Origin: Candidatus Heimdallarchaeota archaeon
Lineage (GTDB): Archaea > Asgardarchaeota > Heimdallarchaeia > Heimdallarchaeales > Heimdallarchaeaceae
DNA: 24,000 nt
Direction: 5' to 3'
Assembly: GCA_023705945.1 (NCBI GenBank)
Contig: BPTM01000182.1
Location: forward strand, 1 to 24,000
Position numbers and translations under genes: made by a program. Each line of letters opens with the position of its first letter. Position 1 is the stretch's first letter. Below, in pieces: positions 7,592 to 15,185 of the stretch. Under the pieces are notes generated by a model. It was not told the origin of the DNA. It did not search any database and saw only the letters and a list, made by a program, of their open reading frames with translations.

Positions 7592-7900
7592 ATGGAATAT
7601 GTATATGCCGCACTAGTACTACATGAATTAGGAGAAAAAATTACACAAGCAAAAGTAAAAGGAATTCTTGAAGCTGCTGGCACAACAGCAGATGATTTTC
7701 GTATCAAAGCTTTAGTAGCTGCTTTGAAAGAAGTCGATATTGAAGAAGCATTGAAAACAGCTGTTATGTCCGCTGCAGCTGCACCAGCCGCAGCTCCTGC
7801 AGGAGCTGCAAAGAAGGCAGCTGCACCAGCAAAAAAAGAAGAAGTTAAAGAAGAACCTGAAGAAGATACCGACTTAGGCTTAAGCGCTTTATTCGGATAA
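7592..7900 (+). CDS. rpl12: 50S ribosomal stalk protein P1 (archaeal L12)
   Basis: MEYVYAALVLHELG N-terminus, Ala-rich hinge, and EEPEEDTDLGLSALFG tail. The track start at 7583 is the GTG inside the SD-like AGGTGA, so ATG 7592 is preferred. Confidence 0.9.
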   Translation: MEYVYAALVLHELGEKITQAKVKGILEAAGTTADDFRIKALVAALKEVDIEEALKTAVMSAAAAPAAAPAGAAKKAAAPAKKEEVKEEPEEDTDLGLSALFG

Positions 7901-7925
7901 TTCTTTCTTTTCTTATTTTTTCAAA
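7901..7925 (+). terminator. Oligo-T tract after the stalk operon
   Basis: TTCTTTCTTTTCTTATTTTTTC lies immediately after the rpl12 stop. Archaeal termination commonly uses T-runs. Confidence 0.4.
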
Positions 7926-7964
7926 AATTACACTTTTAAAATTTTTAAATCTTTATTCTTCTTT

Positions 7965-8282
7965 CTAAGTTTTCTTTAGAAAATCGTTGAATGCTTCAAC
8001 TATATCATTATATTCTTCTAATATTTGATAATCCCCCAAAGATTCAACGTCCTTTTCTATAGTTAAATCAGAGCTAAGAGATGCAATCCTTGATCTTCTA
8101 ACCTGCCCTCGACCATCAATTGATATGATTAATGTATGATCCTCTGCATGCATCAGAACGAAATTAAACAGCTGACTATCTCTTAATTCCTCAATTTGCT
8201 TTTTATCAATTCTACATTCCAGCATTCTACCACATTTTTCACAGTTAAATGCCTTTATTATGAATTGGTTTTCCATTTCCAT
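7965..8282 (-). CDS. Small CxxC...HxxxH protein (possible metal-binding), last gene of the GTPase operon
   Basis: 105-aa ORF starting 22 nt downstream of the GTPase gene on the same strand. It contains CEKCGRMLEC and HAEDH. I recognise no family. Confidence 0.5.
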   Translation of the reverse strand: MEMENQFIIKAFNCEKCGRMLECRIDKKQIEELRDSQLFNFVLMHAEDHTLIISIDGRGQVRRSRIASLSSDLTIEKDVESLGDYQILEEYNDIVEAFNDFLKKT

Positions 8283-8304
8283 TCTAGATCACTTTTTGGT
8301 ATTT

Positions 8305-8901
8305 CTAAACATTAGAGTATTTTGACAGTAGTTCTTCTGCTAAATTATCCTCTTTATTCACAATTTGATTAACCATATATTCAAATGGCTCAGAAACATT
8401 AGCTGAAAAGAGACCACTGACTAAGAAATGTTTGCGTATGTCATGAGTTTTCATAAAACCATGGATGTCTTCAACCGTTACTTCAACATTATCCAGATCT
8501 AATTTATTTCCAACTAAAATTTCAGGAACTTTAGGATAATAATGGTTTTTAAGATAATTTCTGGTAAGTTCAACAAATTCACCAAGATCAAGCAGGGTTT
8601 CAATGTCGGTTACATCGTAAACATACATCACACCTTTGACTCCTCGTAGAAACACATCTATCATAAATCTGAACTGCCTTTGACCAGCAAAGTCCCATAT
8701 CTGCAGAGTTACAGCTTTATCAAATTGTGCTATTCTCTTTATGGTAATATCAACTCCTTTAGTCATAGAAATTTCATTAGGATCAGTCATTTCTCCTGTG
8801 TAACCTTTGGATATTGTCGTTTTACCAACAGATCCTAAACCAAGCACAGCAACTTTCAATATGTTCCCTTGGTTAGTGTTATGTGGTTGTCTAGCTATCA
8901 T
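8305..8901 (-). CDS. Ras/Rab-like small GTPase
   Basis: G1 GLGSVGKT. Switch I TKGVD (compare Rab TIGVD). G3 WDFAGQRQF (compare WDTAGQERF). G4 GNKLD. SA-containing G5-like VSGLFSANV. No C-terminal CAAX or Cys lipidation motif. Confidence 0.85.
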   Translation of the reverse strand: MIARQPHNTNQGNILKVAVLGLGSVGKTTISKGYTGEMTDPNEISMTKGVDITIKRIAQFDKAVTLQIWDFAGQRQFRFMIDVFLRGVKGVMYVYDVTDIETLLDLGEFVELTRNYLKNHYYPKVPEILVGNKLDLDNVEVTVEDIHGFMKTHDIRKHFLVSGLFSANVSEPFEYMVNQIVNKEDNLAEELLSKYSNV

Positions 8902-8925
8902 TATATATCATATCCTAATAAATAT

Positions 8926-10266
8926 TTAAAACACCACATTTTTTGTGGTACCTGTATTTTCACCAGCAACCATCCCATGTAAAGAAACAGCTGAAAATAC
9001 TGGTTTGTTCTTTATTACAGAAAATTCTCCTCCAGAATATAACGTTATAAAAGGTACATCATTTCCAATCGCTTCTCTAATCATAACATTTTCTTTTTCA
9101 ATCTTATCTCCTGCAATTAGCAATCTATTACTACAATTTACAAACATACCAAAAAGTGGTTTTTCTATGTTCCGAGATGCTTTCATAGCACACTCAAACG
9201 CTGATTTTTGGATACCTGTACCAGATTGTGTGAAGAAATCTGCATTAACATTCTTCCTTTTTAACATCCTTTCTGGTATTGTGGTGACAACTCCATTCAA
9301 AATTGATTGACATATTGAAACATAGGGTATATGTTCTTCATCCTCTGAATTGAGTGCTGCTAAGTATAACAACGAAGCATTAGCATATCGTGCAAATGAT
9401 TCATTATACAGTTCCTCCGATATTCCAATAAGATCAAGAAATGCTTGACGAGCAGGCTTTTCGTTAATTTTTTGTATATATCCACTTGTAAGAAATTCTG
9501 AAACATCAAAATCATTCAATTTTTGCGATTTGTCAAAAGTCCAGTCAATGTCAAATTGCAATTTATCCGATGAAAAAAACGTTCCAATCATTGCATCTTT
9601 TAATACATTTGTTCCTTCAAACTGAAAACTTGTTCTCATATCTAAGTCAATGGTGGCCCCTCCAATTACATTGCTGATATTATTTTTTGCAAGAATAAAT
9701 AGAATCTCATCCGCATAATTTGCTGTACCAAATCCATTCTTACCCATGTTTTTATTTATGATTTTTCCAATTATATTGAACATTCCTTTAAATTTATGTG
9801 CAAAGAAAGTATCCAAAATTTTCATTTGTTCATATGCATCTGGTTCAAAGAAGGGACCAGCGGTTAGAAAAAGTCCCATTTTATTCTTTTGTTCGATTTT
9901 TTTATGACAATCCAGAATGACTTTAGCACCCTTCTTTGGATTTGTTCTAATGTTAGAGTAGGAGAAAGGGTTATGAAACTGAATATCACTGGATTTTATT
10001 GCCAAAACAGCGCATCCTTGTGTTGTTGGATATCCATTTGAGGTAGCAACTCCTGGAAATGTACCACCAACTATGTTTGATGTTCCACTTTCTTCACTTA
10101 ATTTTGTGAGTGCTTCTTTGTAGGCTTGTTTACTTCTGTAGTTTGGTGTAAAACCCACTAATAAGAAATCAGAAGTACCATTCATATCACCAATTACATC
10201 CTTTATTATGTTTTTAGTTACTTGATGTATGGATCTGTGGCTTGCGGTTCCTGTAGCTATTTTCAT
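8926..10266 (-). CDS. FIST-domain (FIST_N + FIST_C) putative sensor protein
   Basis: The N-terminal pattern DFLLVGFTPNY...NIVGGTFPGVAT...GCAVLAIKS matches the FIST_N layout. The C-terminal FITLYSGGEF matches the FIST_C end motif (fysyGEi-like). GAGGAG lies 5 nt upstream of the ATG. This is recalled family similarity, not a database search. Confidence 0.6.
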   Translation of the reverse strand: MKIATGTASHRSIHQVTKNIIKDVIGDMNGTSDFLLVGFTPNYRSKQAYKEALTKLSEESGTSNIVGGTFPGVATSNGYPTTQGCAVLAIKSSDIQFHNPFSYSNIRTNPKKGAKVILDCHKKIEQKNKMGLFLTAGPFFEPDAYEQMKILDTFFAHKFKGMFNIIGKIINKNMGKNGFGTANYADEILFILAKNNISNVIGGATIDLDMRTSFQFEGTNVLKDAMIGTFFSSDKLQFDIDWTFDKSQKLNDFDVSEFLTSGYIQKINEKPARQAFLDLIGISEELYNESFARYANASLLYLAALNSEDEEHIPYVSICQSILNGVVTTIPERMLKRKNVNADFFTQSGTGIQKSAFECAMKASRNIEKPLFGMFVNCSNRLLIAGDKIEKENVMIREAIGNDVPFITLYSGGEFSVIKNKPVFSAVSLHGMVAGENTGTTKNVVF

Positions 10267-10275
10267 ATAAACTCC

Positions 10276-10635
10276 TCACAAATTTACTGAGATCAACATT
10301 GATTTTCTTTTAGTTTCTATAGATAGAAGGCTTAAATTAGCTGTTCCAATTGCTAATGTTGTTAGGATTGTAACATTATTAACAACAGAAAACAGAACAC
10401 AGAAATTGTTCAACTCATAGGTTACTTTAGCCAAGTTGTTGGTTTTCATTTCAAGTGACACTTTTTCCACATTAGCTTTGCACCATTGAATTGTTCTGAG
10501 AATCTCATTGGAATGTTGTTCCTTAAACGCTGAATTAATCACGTTCCCATCTATTCGAAAAAGTATGACTGCCTCAACATCATCTAAATGTATCAAATCA
10601 GACAACTCTGAGGATATTCCGGTGCTATCATTCAT
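10276..10635 (-). CDS. Roadblock/LC7 (MglB-like) domain protein
   Basis: 119 aa with the typical pattern DDVEAVILFRIDGNVINS ... KVTYELNNFCVLFSVVNNVTILTTLA ... NLSLL. Its ATG overlaps the stop of the upstream KaiC-like gene (ATGA at 10632-10635). Confidence 0.7.
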   Translation of the reverse strand: MNDSTGISSELSDLIHLDDVEAVILFRIDGNVINSAFKEQHSNEILRTIQWCKANVEKVSLEMKTNNLAKVTYELNNFCVLFSVVNNVTILTTLAIGTANLSLLSIETKRKSMLISVNL

Positions 10636-11558
10636 TTTTTAACCTCTTGAAGCATTTGAGGATTGGTTAATGCATCTACAAGCTCAATTTTGTCTCCCTT
10701 TTCTTGTCTATCATTTAGCAGATTTTTAGCTATCTGGGCAATAATTCTCTTTTTTGGGTCCTTATCCTTTGACATTTGTTTAACTTTCTTCATTAATTCA
10801 TTATATCTAGTATCATAAACCAATGGTTCGTTATTATCTATCTGAATTGAACTTGTATCAATAGCAATACCTGGACCATGAGTAAAATGCATTGGGAAAA
10901 TGCCTTCATGATGGGCTGTTCTTCTAGACTTAATAATTTTACATGTTCTATTATATTTGCCTCCCAATCCAAGATTTTGAATGTGGACTACTGTATCTGA
11001 TAGATAAATTGGAACTCTTGTTTCCATAGCTCCAATATCTGTTTGTCCAAACGCATTAGGTTCTTCAACTGTTTGTAGAACAGTACCTAACGAACTTAGG
11101 TGCTGATAGATTTTTGTTAAAACCTTTCTTTGTTCTTTTTCAGATGGGAATTCCCATAAAATTGGAGTAAGTGGGTCTAAAATTATTCTTGTGTGCCTAA
11201 CATTTTTATGCTTAAGTTTTTGAGCTAAAGCAGGAAGTATGTTAGTCATAAATTCAACAATTTTCTCGCTCTCCACAAGGTGTATAAGATCTGTAAAATT
11301 CTGTGACACTTCCCTAATTTTCATTCCTAAAGCTTCTGCTCCTGCTATAAGTTTAGATGGTGTCTCTTCGAAAGACAGGTAAAGCGTATGATCTCCTTCA
11401 AGTAACCCTTGGTAAATATAGGCTAGAGCGAAAGTTGTTTTCCCTGTACCGCTGCTTCCTACGATGGAATTTATTGAATTTTTAATTATTCCACCTTGCA
11501 ACAATACATCTAATCCTTCAATGCCTGAAGAAATTCTTTCAGTAATTGACATATTCAT
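10632..11558 (-). CDS. KaiC-like single-domain RecA-superfamily ATPase
   Basis: ISSGIEGLDVLLQGGIIKNSINSIVGSSGTGKTTFALAYIYQGLLEG (Walker A), LYLSFEETP (KaiC catalytic-Glu motif) and RIILDPLT (Walker B). A ~60-aa Lys-rich helical C-terminal extension follows. Confidence 0.8.
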   Translation of the reverse strand: MNMSITERISSGIEGLDVLLQGGIIKNSINSIVGSSGTGKTTFALAYIYQGLLEGDHTLYLSFEETPSKLIAGAEALGMKIREVSQNFTDLIHLVESEKIVEFMTNILPALAQKLKHKNVRHTRIILDPLTPILWEFPSEKEQRKVLTKIYQHLSSLGTVLQTVEEPNAFGQTDIGAMETRVPIYLSDTVVHIQNLGLGGKYNRTCKIIKSRRTAHHEGIFPMHFTHGPGIAIDTSSIQIDNNEPLVYDTRYNELMKKVKQMSKDKDPKKRIIAQIAKNLLNDRQEKGDKIELVDALTNPQMLQEVKK

Positions 11559-11680
11559 CTATATTTTTACATGAACAAGCTAAATAAACTCCACAATTTC
11601 TTTTTAAAATTAAATTGGGCTTATTATCGAATTAAACGCAATATTTTATAAAGAAATAGAAATAGATATTCTCGAGTATC

Positions 11681-12439
11681 ATGACATCTCTCTTAGTTAA
11701 AATTAAAGAGCTATTTATCTCCAAAGAGAAAAAATTTGTTATTGCTCTTCATGAGAAGCTAGAAAATAAGAACTTTGTTAATCTAAAGAAAATCTCTTCT
11801 AAATTATCATTTCAGCAAAGATATAAGGTTGTCAATAAGCTCCAATCATCCAAAGAATTGCATGGTGTATTGCTTAGCGAACGAATGCTGTTTCTGTCTA
11901 TTGATGAAGACAACTTAGATGATTTGAAGGACAAAATAAAGAACATTGGAACAATTGAATTACTTGAACTAAAAGAACGATGGAAATTGAAAGATAATAT
12001 TTTAGATAACCTTCTACAACACATTGAAAAAGGTATAATTGGCAAAAAGGCCTTCTATACTCACAGATATCTTCAACATCATTTTATTGCTAATTTAACA
12101 AAAGGCGATGAACATGACCTTATACAGATGAGCTCAAAACTTGGGTTAGAAACGTCTATTATACTGCTTTTTATTCAAAAAATGATAGACGAAGGAGTAA
12201 TTTCTGGTGTGATAAAGCAACAACAGTTTTTTGTAGATTCTGAATCCTTTGAAACTTCATTTTCTGAGTATCTTGAGGAAATAGATGAGGATACATTAGA
12301 AAAAGAGTTCAGTGAGATAGCTCTAAAATTAGGCGTTTCATCTTTTGTGGTTGAAAAATATCTAATGAAATACGTTGAAAGATCACCTGGTCGCTTTGTT
12401 ATATATCCTCTTGAAAAGAAAGTAAGAATAAAGAGATGA
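11681..12439 (+). CDS. Protein of about four tandem winged-helix-like repeats; possible UFL1 N-terminal-like protein
   Basis: Repeated segments of the type LIQMSSKLGLETSIILLFIQKMIDEGVISGVIK and FSEIALKLGVSSFVVEKYLMKYVE. By eye these resemble the N-terminal WH array of eukaryotic UFL1 (VVNKL..K.L; G.I.LLELKE; YL..; ISG.I). TTTTATAAAG lies ~30 nt upstream of the ATG. Confidence 0.35.
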   Translation: MTSLLVKIKELFISKEKKFVIALHEKLENKNFVNLKKISSKLSFQQRYKVVNKLQSSKELHGVLLSERMLFLSIDEDNLDDLKDKIKNIGTIELLELKERWKLKDNILDNLLQHIEKGIIGKKAFYTHRYLQHHFIANLTKGDEHDLIQMSSKLGLETSIILLFIQKMIDEGVISGVIKQQQFFVDSESFETSFSEYLEEIDEDTLEKEFSEIALKLGVSSFVVEKYLMKYVERSPGRFVIYPLEKKVRIKR

Positions 12440-12584
12440 AGCATTTTAAGTGCGCTCTCTTTGGTCTTTTTTTATTCACATTAGAAATTATACGCTTACA
12501 TGTCACTTTCTACAATATATTTTTTTGGTCTATTGTCTGTCGAAATCTTTAAAATAGTGTGTTGTTTTCGAACGATAGATAAAA

Positions 12585-13010
12585 ATGGCAAAGAAGCTAC
12601 CGTGGATTTTTCCCGGAATTAGACGACCAAATTTCAGTTTGCATCAAATTTCAATTCGAATACCAACACGAATCCCTCGTAGTGTTCTCTACATATTGGT
12701 CTATGCGGTTGTTTTCTATATTTTTGCTGGTGGAGCATATGACATTGTAAATAGTGAGACCCTCATTAGTATAGGATCAGACGGGAATTCACCGATATTT
12801 ATTGCCCCTAATCAACATGCACAGTATCTAATAGAGGGTATTGTAGCAGGATTCGTTTTCTCATTTGCTGCAGCAAGTTTATACCTTTTTGAACATGCAA
12901 CAAAATATGCTTTTGATGTCAATACAGCTCAAAAAGTTGAATTAATTGCATCAGTGTTAATAATTGTTTGGTTTGTTGTTATCCTTCTACTATTTAATGC
13001 AAAAAGTTAG
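12585..13010 (+). CDS. Three-TM membrane protein resembling the OSTC/DC2 (Ost3/Ost6-family) oligosaccharyltransferase subunit
   Basis: 141 aa. By eye it is collinear with human OSTC as I recall that sequence: PNFSL vs PNLKL; YIFAGGAYDIV vs FLITGGIIYDVI; AQYLIEGIVAGFVFSF vs GQYIMEGLASSFLFTM. Length and TM topology are similar. Confidence 0.55.
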   Translation: MAKKLPWIFPGIRRPNFSLHQISIRIPTRIPRSVLYILVYAVVFYIFAGGAYDIVNSETLISIGSDGNSPIFIAPNQHAQYLIEGIVAGFVFSFAAASLYLFEHATKYAFDVNTAQKVELIASVLIIVWFVVILLLFNAKS

Positions 13011-13035
13011 AACTTCTTTCCATATTTTTTATATT

Positions 13036-13242
13036 TTATAATTGGAGCTTCCCAATATGTCCTTTTGTTGTCTCTTGATTTAAAAATAAAACAAACAAAG
13101 ATACTGGCATTACACTTTCATCTCCATCTTCAGGATCAAGTATGTAAGCATTCTTGCGAGGAGATGTGAACAATGTAGGGGGTGATGGGGCGTCCCTGTG
13201 ATGTGTCCCAGGGGCTTTCAAAGAGTTTGGTACAAGATTCAT
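13036..13242 (-). CDS. 68-aa protein carrying a fourth copy of the DPEDGDxS[IV][LM]P acidic motif
   Basis: Its ATG overlaps the RadB-like stop by ATGA (13239-13242). It contains ...KNAYILDPEDGDESVMPVSLF... (13105-13146), matching the micropeptide core at 2271-2769. The N-terminal half is Pro-rich. Confidence 0.45.
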   Translation of the reverse strand: MNLVPNSLKAPGTHHRDAPSPPTLFTSPRKNAYILDPEDGDESVMPVSLFVLFLNQETTKGHIGKLQL

Positions 13243-13868
13243 GTCATAAGTTCAATGCCTTGAGATGATAGAGTATAAAACATCTCTTGATTCTCATACT
13301 TTGCTTTCCATAGTTTCTTATTAACATGTTCAAGCATGATGTTGTTATCTGAGTAATTTGTTATAATGGAATTAGCGAAAGGACGTACTATTTTCAGATT
13401 ATTTTCTCTGAACACACTAACTTGATTTGTTAATACCACAGGTATGCTAAGTTTTCTACTAACCATTTGTAAATAAGCCATTTGGAGAGATAATGATTTG
13501 TTCCATTTCGTTTCATTTGCATTTAAAGAGCTGAATCTGAAATGATTTGTAAACCCATTTATTCCAACAAAAAGGGGTTTTTCTTTCTTAAAGAAACTGT
13601 GTAATTTCATTAGAATTCTTATTTGATTCGCTTTATCTAATGCTCTTAAAAGTATTATATTTTTAAAATCAATATCTTTTCCTAGAGTTATTTCACGAAG
13701 CCTTCTAGCGCTAAAATTTATTTCACAATCTAGAATTAGCGCCTTTTTCCTTTTTTTCAGCCCTTTGCAAAGATGATAGAGAATTGTTGTTTTTCCAGAA
13801 TTTGGCGGACCTGCTATATGTGTAATGCCATCTGATACTGTTGATTTTTCAAGAAATTTTGAAAGCAT
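13239..13868 (-). CDS. RadB-like RecA-superfamily ATPase (divergent)
   Basis: Walker A GPPNSGKTT. ALILDCEINFSARRL parallels RadB VAYVDTEGGFSPERL. IPVVLTNQV parallels IPVIVINQV. The C-terminal FYTLSSQGIE parallels FRITERGIED. At ~209 aa the size matches RadB. It lacks the usual N-terminal LDxLLGGG. Confidence 0.65.
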   Translation of the reverse strand: MLSKFLEKSTVSDGITHIAGPPNSGKTTILYHLCKGLKKRKKALILDCEINFSARRLREITLGKDIDFKNIILLRALDKANQIRILMKLHSFFKKEKPLFVGINGFTNHFRFSSLNANETKWNKSLSLQMAYLQMVSRKLSIPVVLTNQVSVFRENNLKIVRPFANSIITNYSDNNIMLEHVNKKLWKAKYENQEMFYTLSSQGIELMT

Positions 13869-14002
13869 AACTTGATCACATATTTTTCTGTTTATACAAG
13901 ATTAGTGCTGTTTTATCTATATTAAACCTTTTACTAAAAATTTTTCATTTAATAAACACGTGTTTTTGCTTTTATAGTGAATAAAAACATGAAAAATTTG
14001 AT

Positions 14003-14257
14003 TTACATAACTAAAATGTACAGAATCAATGAGAAAAGTATAAGACCCAACCCCTTACTAATAGCAATCCCATTCCATCTTCTTTCCTTATAGAGAATAG
14101 CTTTACTGGCTTTTTCGGTTGAAATCATAATACCTATCAACATTCCTAGTTTTGCAATGTAGACTAATACAGTGTTAAGAATTGAAAGAAGGTTTTGGAT
14201 AATATCGTTGCTAATGTCAGTAACCATTAAAATCAATATGATATTTACATGAAACAT
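14003..14257 (-). CDS. Small hydrophobic membrane protein (2-3 TM), unknown function
   Basis: 84-aa ORF lying 59 nt downstream of nadE on the same strand. It has three hydrophobic stretches. No family is recognised. Confidence 0.4.
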   Translation of the reverse strand: MFHVNIILILMVTDISNDIIQNLLSILNTVLVYIAKLGMLIGIMISTEKASKAILYKERRWNGIAISKGLGLILFSLILYILVM

Positions 14258-14316
14258 TATATACTCCTCAAAAAATCATATTATAATATACCCTCAAATT
14301 CTCCATTTATTTGTGG

Positions 14317-15102
14317 TTACTTTCTGGTTATTGAGAGTGTTTTTGGCATTCTTCTCTTATGATGGCTACTTGAGATAAGTTGTTTAATACGAGCGATTTG
14401 TTCTTCGTTTAACTGTAATTTCTTAGCGAGAAATTCTTCTTTTCTATTGTTTTCTAATCCAATTAGAAACTTGTCAAGTTTTTCATAAGATACTCCAATT
14501 TCCTTTTCATCAGTTTGCCCCTTCCATAAACCTGCTGTTGGAGGTTTTGTAATGACTTTTTGATTTACACCCAACTTTTCAGCAACTTCATACAGTTCTG
14601 TTTTATATAACTCTCCTATTGGCCACATATCCGCTGCTAAATCACCAAATTTTGTTCCATAACCAATTGATATTTCTGATTTATTTGATGTTCCTGCTAC
14701 TAGTCTGTTATCAATATTTGCTATAGAATATAGAATAACTGCTCTAACTCTTGCTTTTAAATTTCCCTTAGCTAAAGTATTATCTTCAATATTTGGTAGC
14801 AACTTAAATACACTATCAAGCATTGGTGAAATTTCTATCATCCTTAAAGGAATGTTTAAATCATGGGCAACAGCTCGCGCGTCTTCTGTATGGATGCTAT
14901 CTAGCTCTTCCTCAGGTAAGTGAACTAAATCTACTGCCTCCTTCCCAAGCGCGACAGCTGATAAATGTGCAATAATTGCAGAATCAATACCACCACTTAG
15001 TCCTATGACTACCCCACTTGTTTGTGAATTGTTTACCTCATCTCTAATGAATCGTACCGCCAAATCTATTATTGTATCATAATTCTCAATAAATTGAACC
15101 AT
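14317..15102 (-). CDS. nadE: NH3-dependent NAD+ synthetase
   Basis: PP-loop GLSGGIDSA, plus other sequence expected of the family (GTSNKSEISIGYGTKFGDLAADMWPIGELYKTELYEVA). The track ORF runs up to 15246 across the tRNA gene, so I chose ATG 15102 (MVQFIENYD...). Confidence 0.85.
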   Translation of the reverse strand: MVQFIENYDTIIDLAVRFIRDEVNNSQTSGVVIGLSGGIDSAIIAHLSAVALGKEAVDLVHLPEEELDSIHTEDARAVAHDLNIPLRMIEISPMLDSVFKLLPNIEDNTLAKGNLKARVRAVILYSIANIDNRLVAGTSNKSEISIGYGTKFGDLAADMWPIGELYKTELYEVAEKLGVNQKVITKPPTAGLWKGQTDEKEIGVSYEKLDKFLIGLENNRKEEFLAKKLQLNEEQIARIKQLISSSHHKRRMPKTLSITRK

Positions 15103-15185
15103 GTTCTTACGTTCCTCAAAATTCGTAATAAATTCATTATTTTTAAATCTTAAGAAATGAGAAGTCTTTGCCTTTGTAATAACCT

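Noticed and set aside
7760-7835. GC-rich GCN-repeat stretch in rpl12
   Set aside because: It encodes the normal Ala-rich flexible hinge (AAAAPAAAPAGAAKKAAAPA) of stalk protein P1 and is not a separate repeat element.
8945-9310. Antisense or shadow ORFs inside long genes: 3592-3795, 3714-3896, 7480-7707, 8945-9310, 11812-12045, 12175-12444, 15915-16103, 18839-19024, 18978-19184, 20881-21081
   Set aside because: All lie entirely within well-supported longer ORFs on the opposite strand. Their composition is low-complexity (Ser/Phe/Ile-rich), as expected for antisense of AT-rich coding DNA, and they have no motifs.
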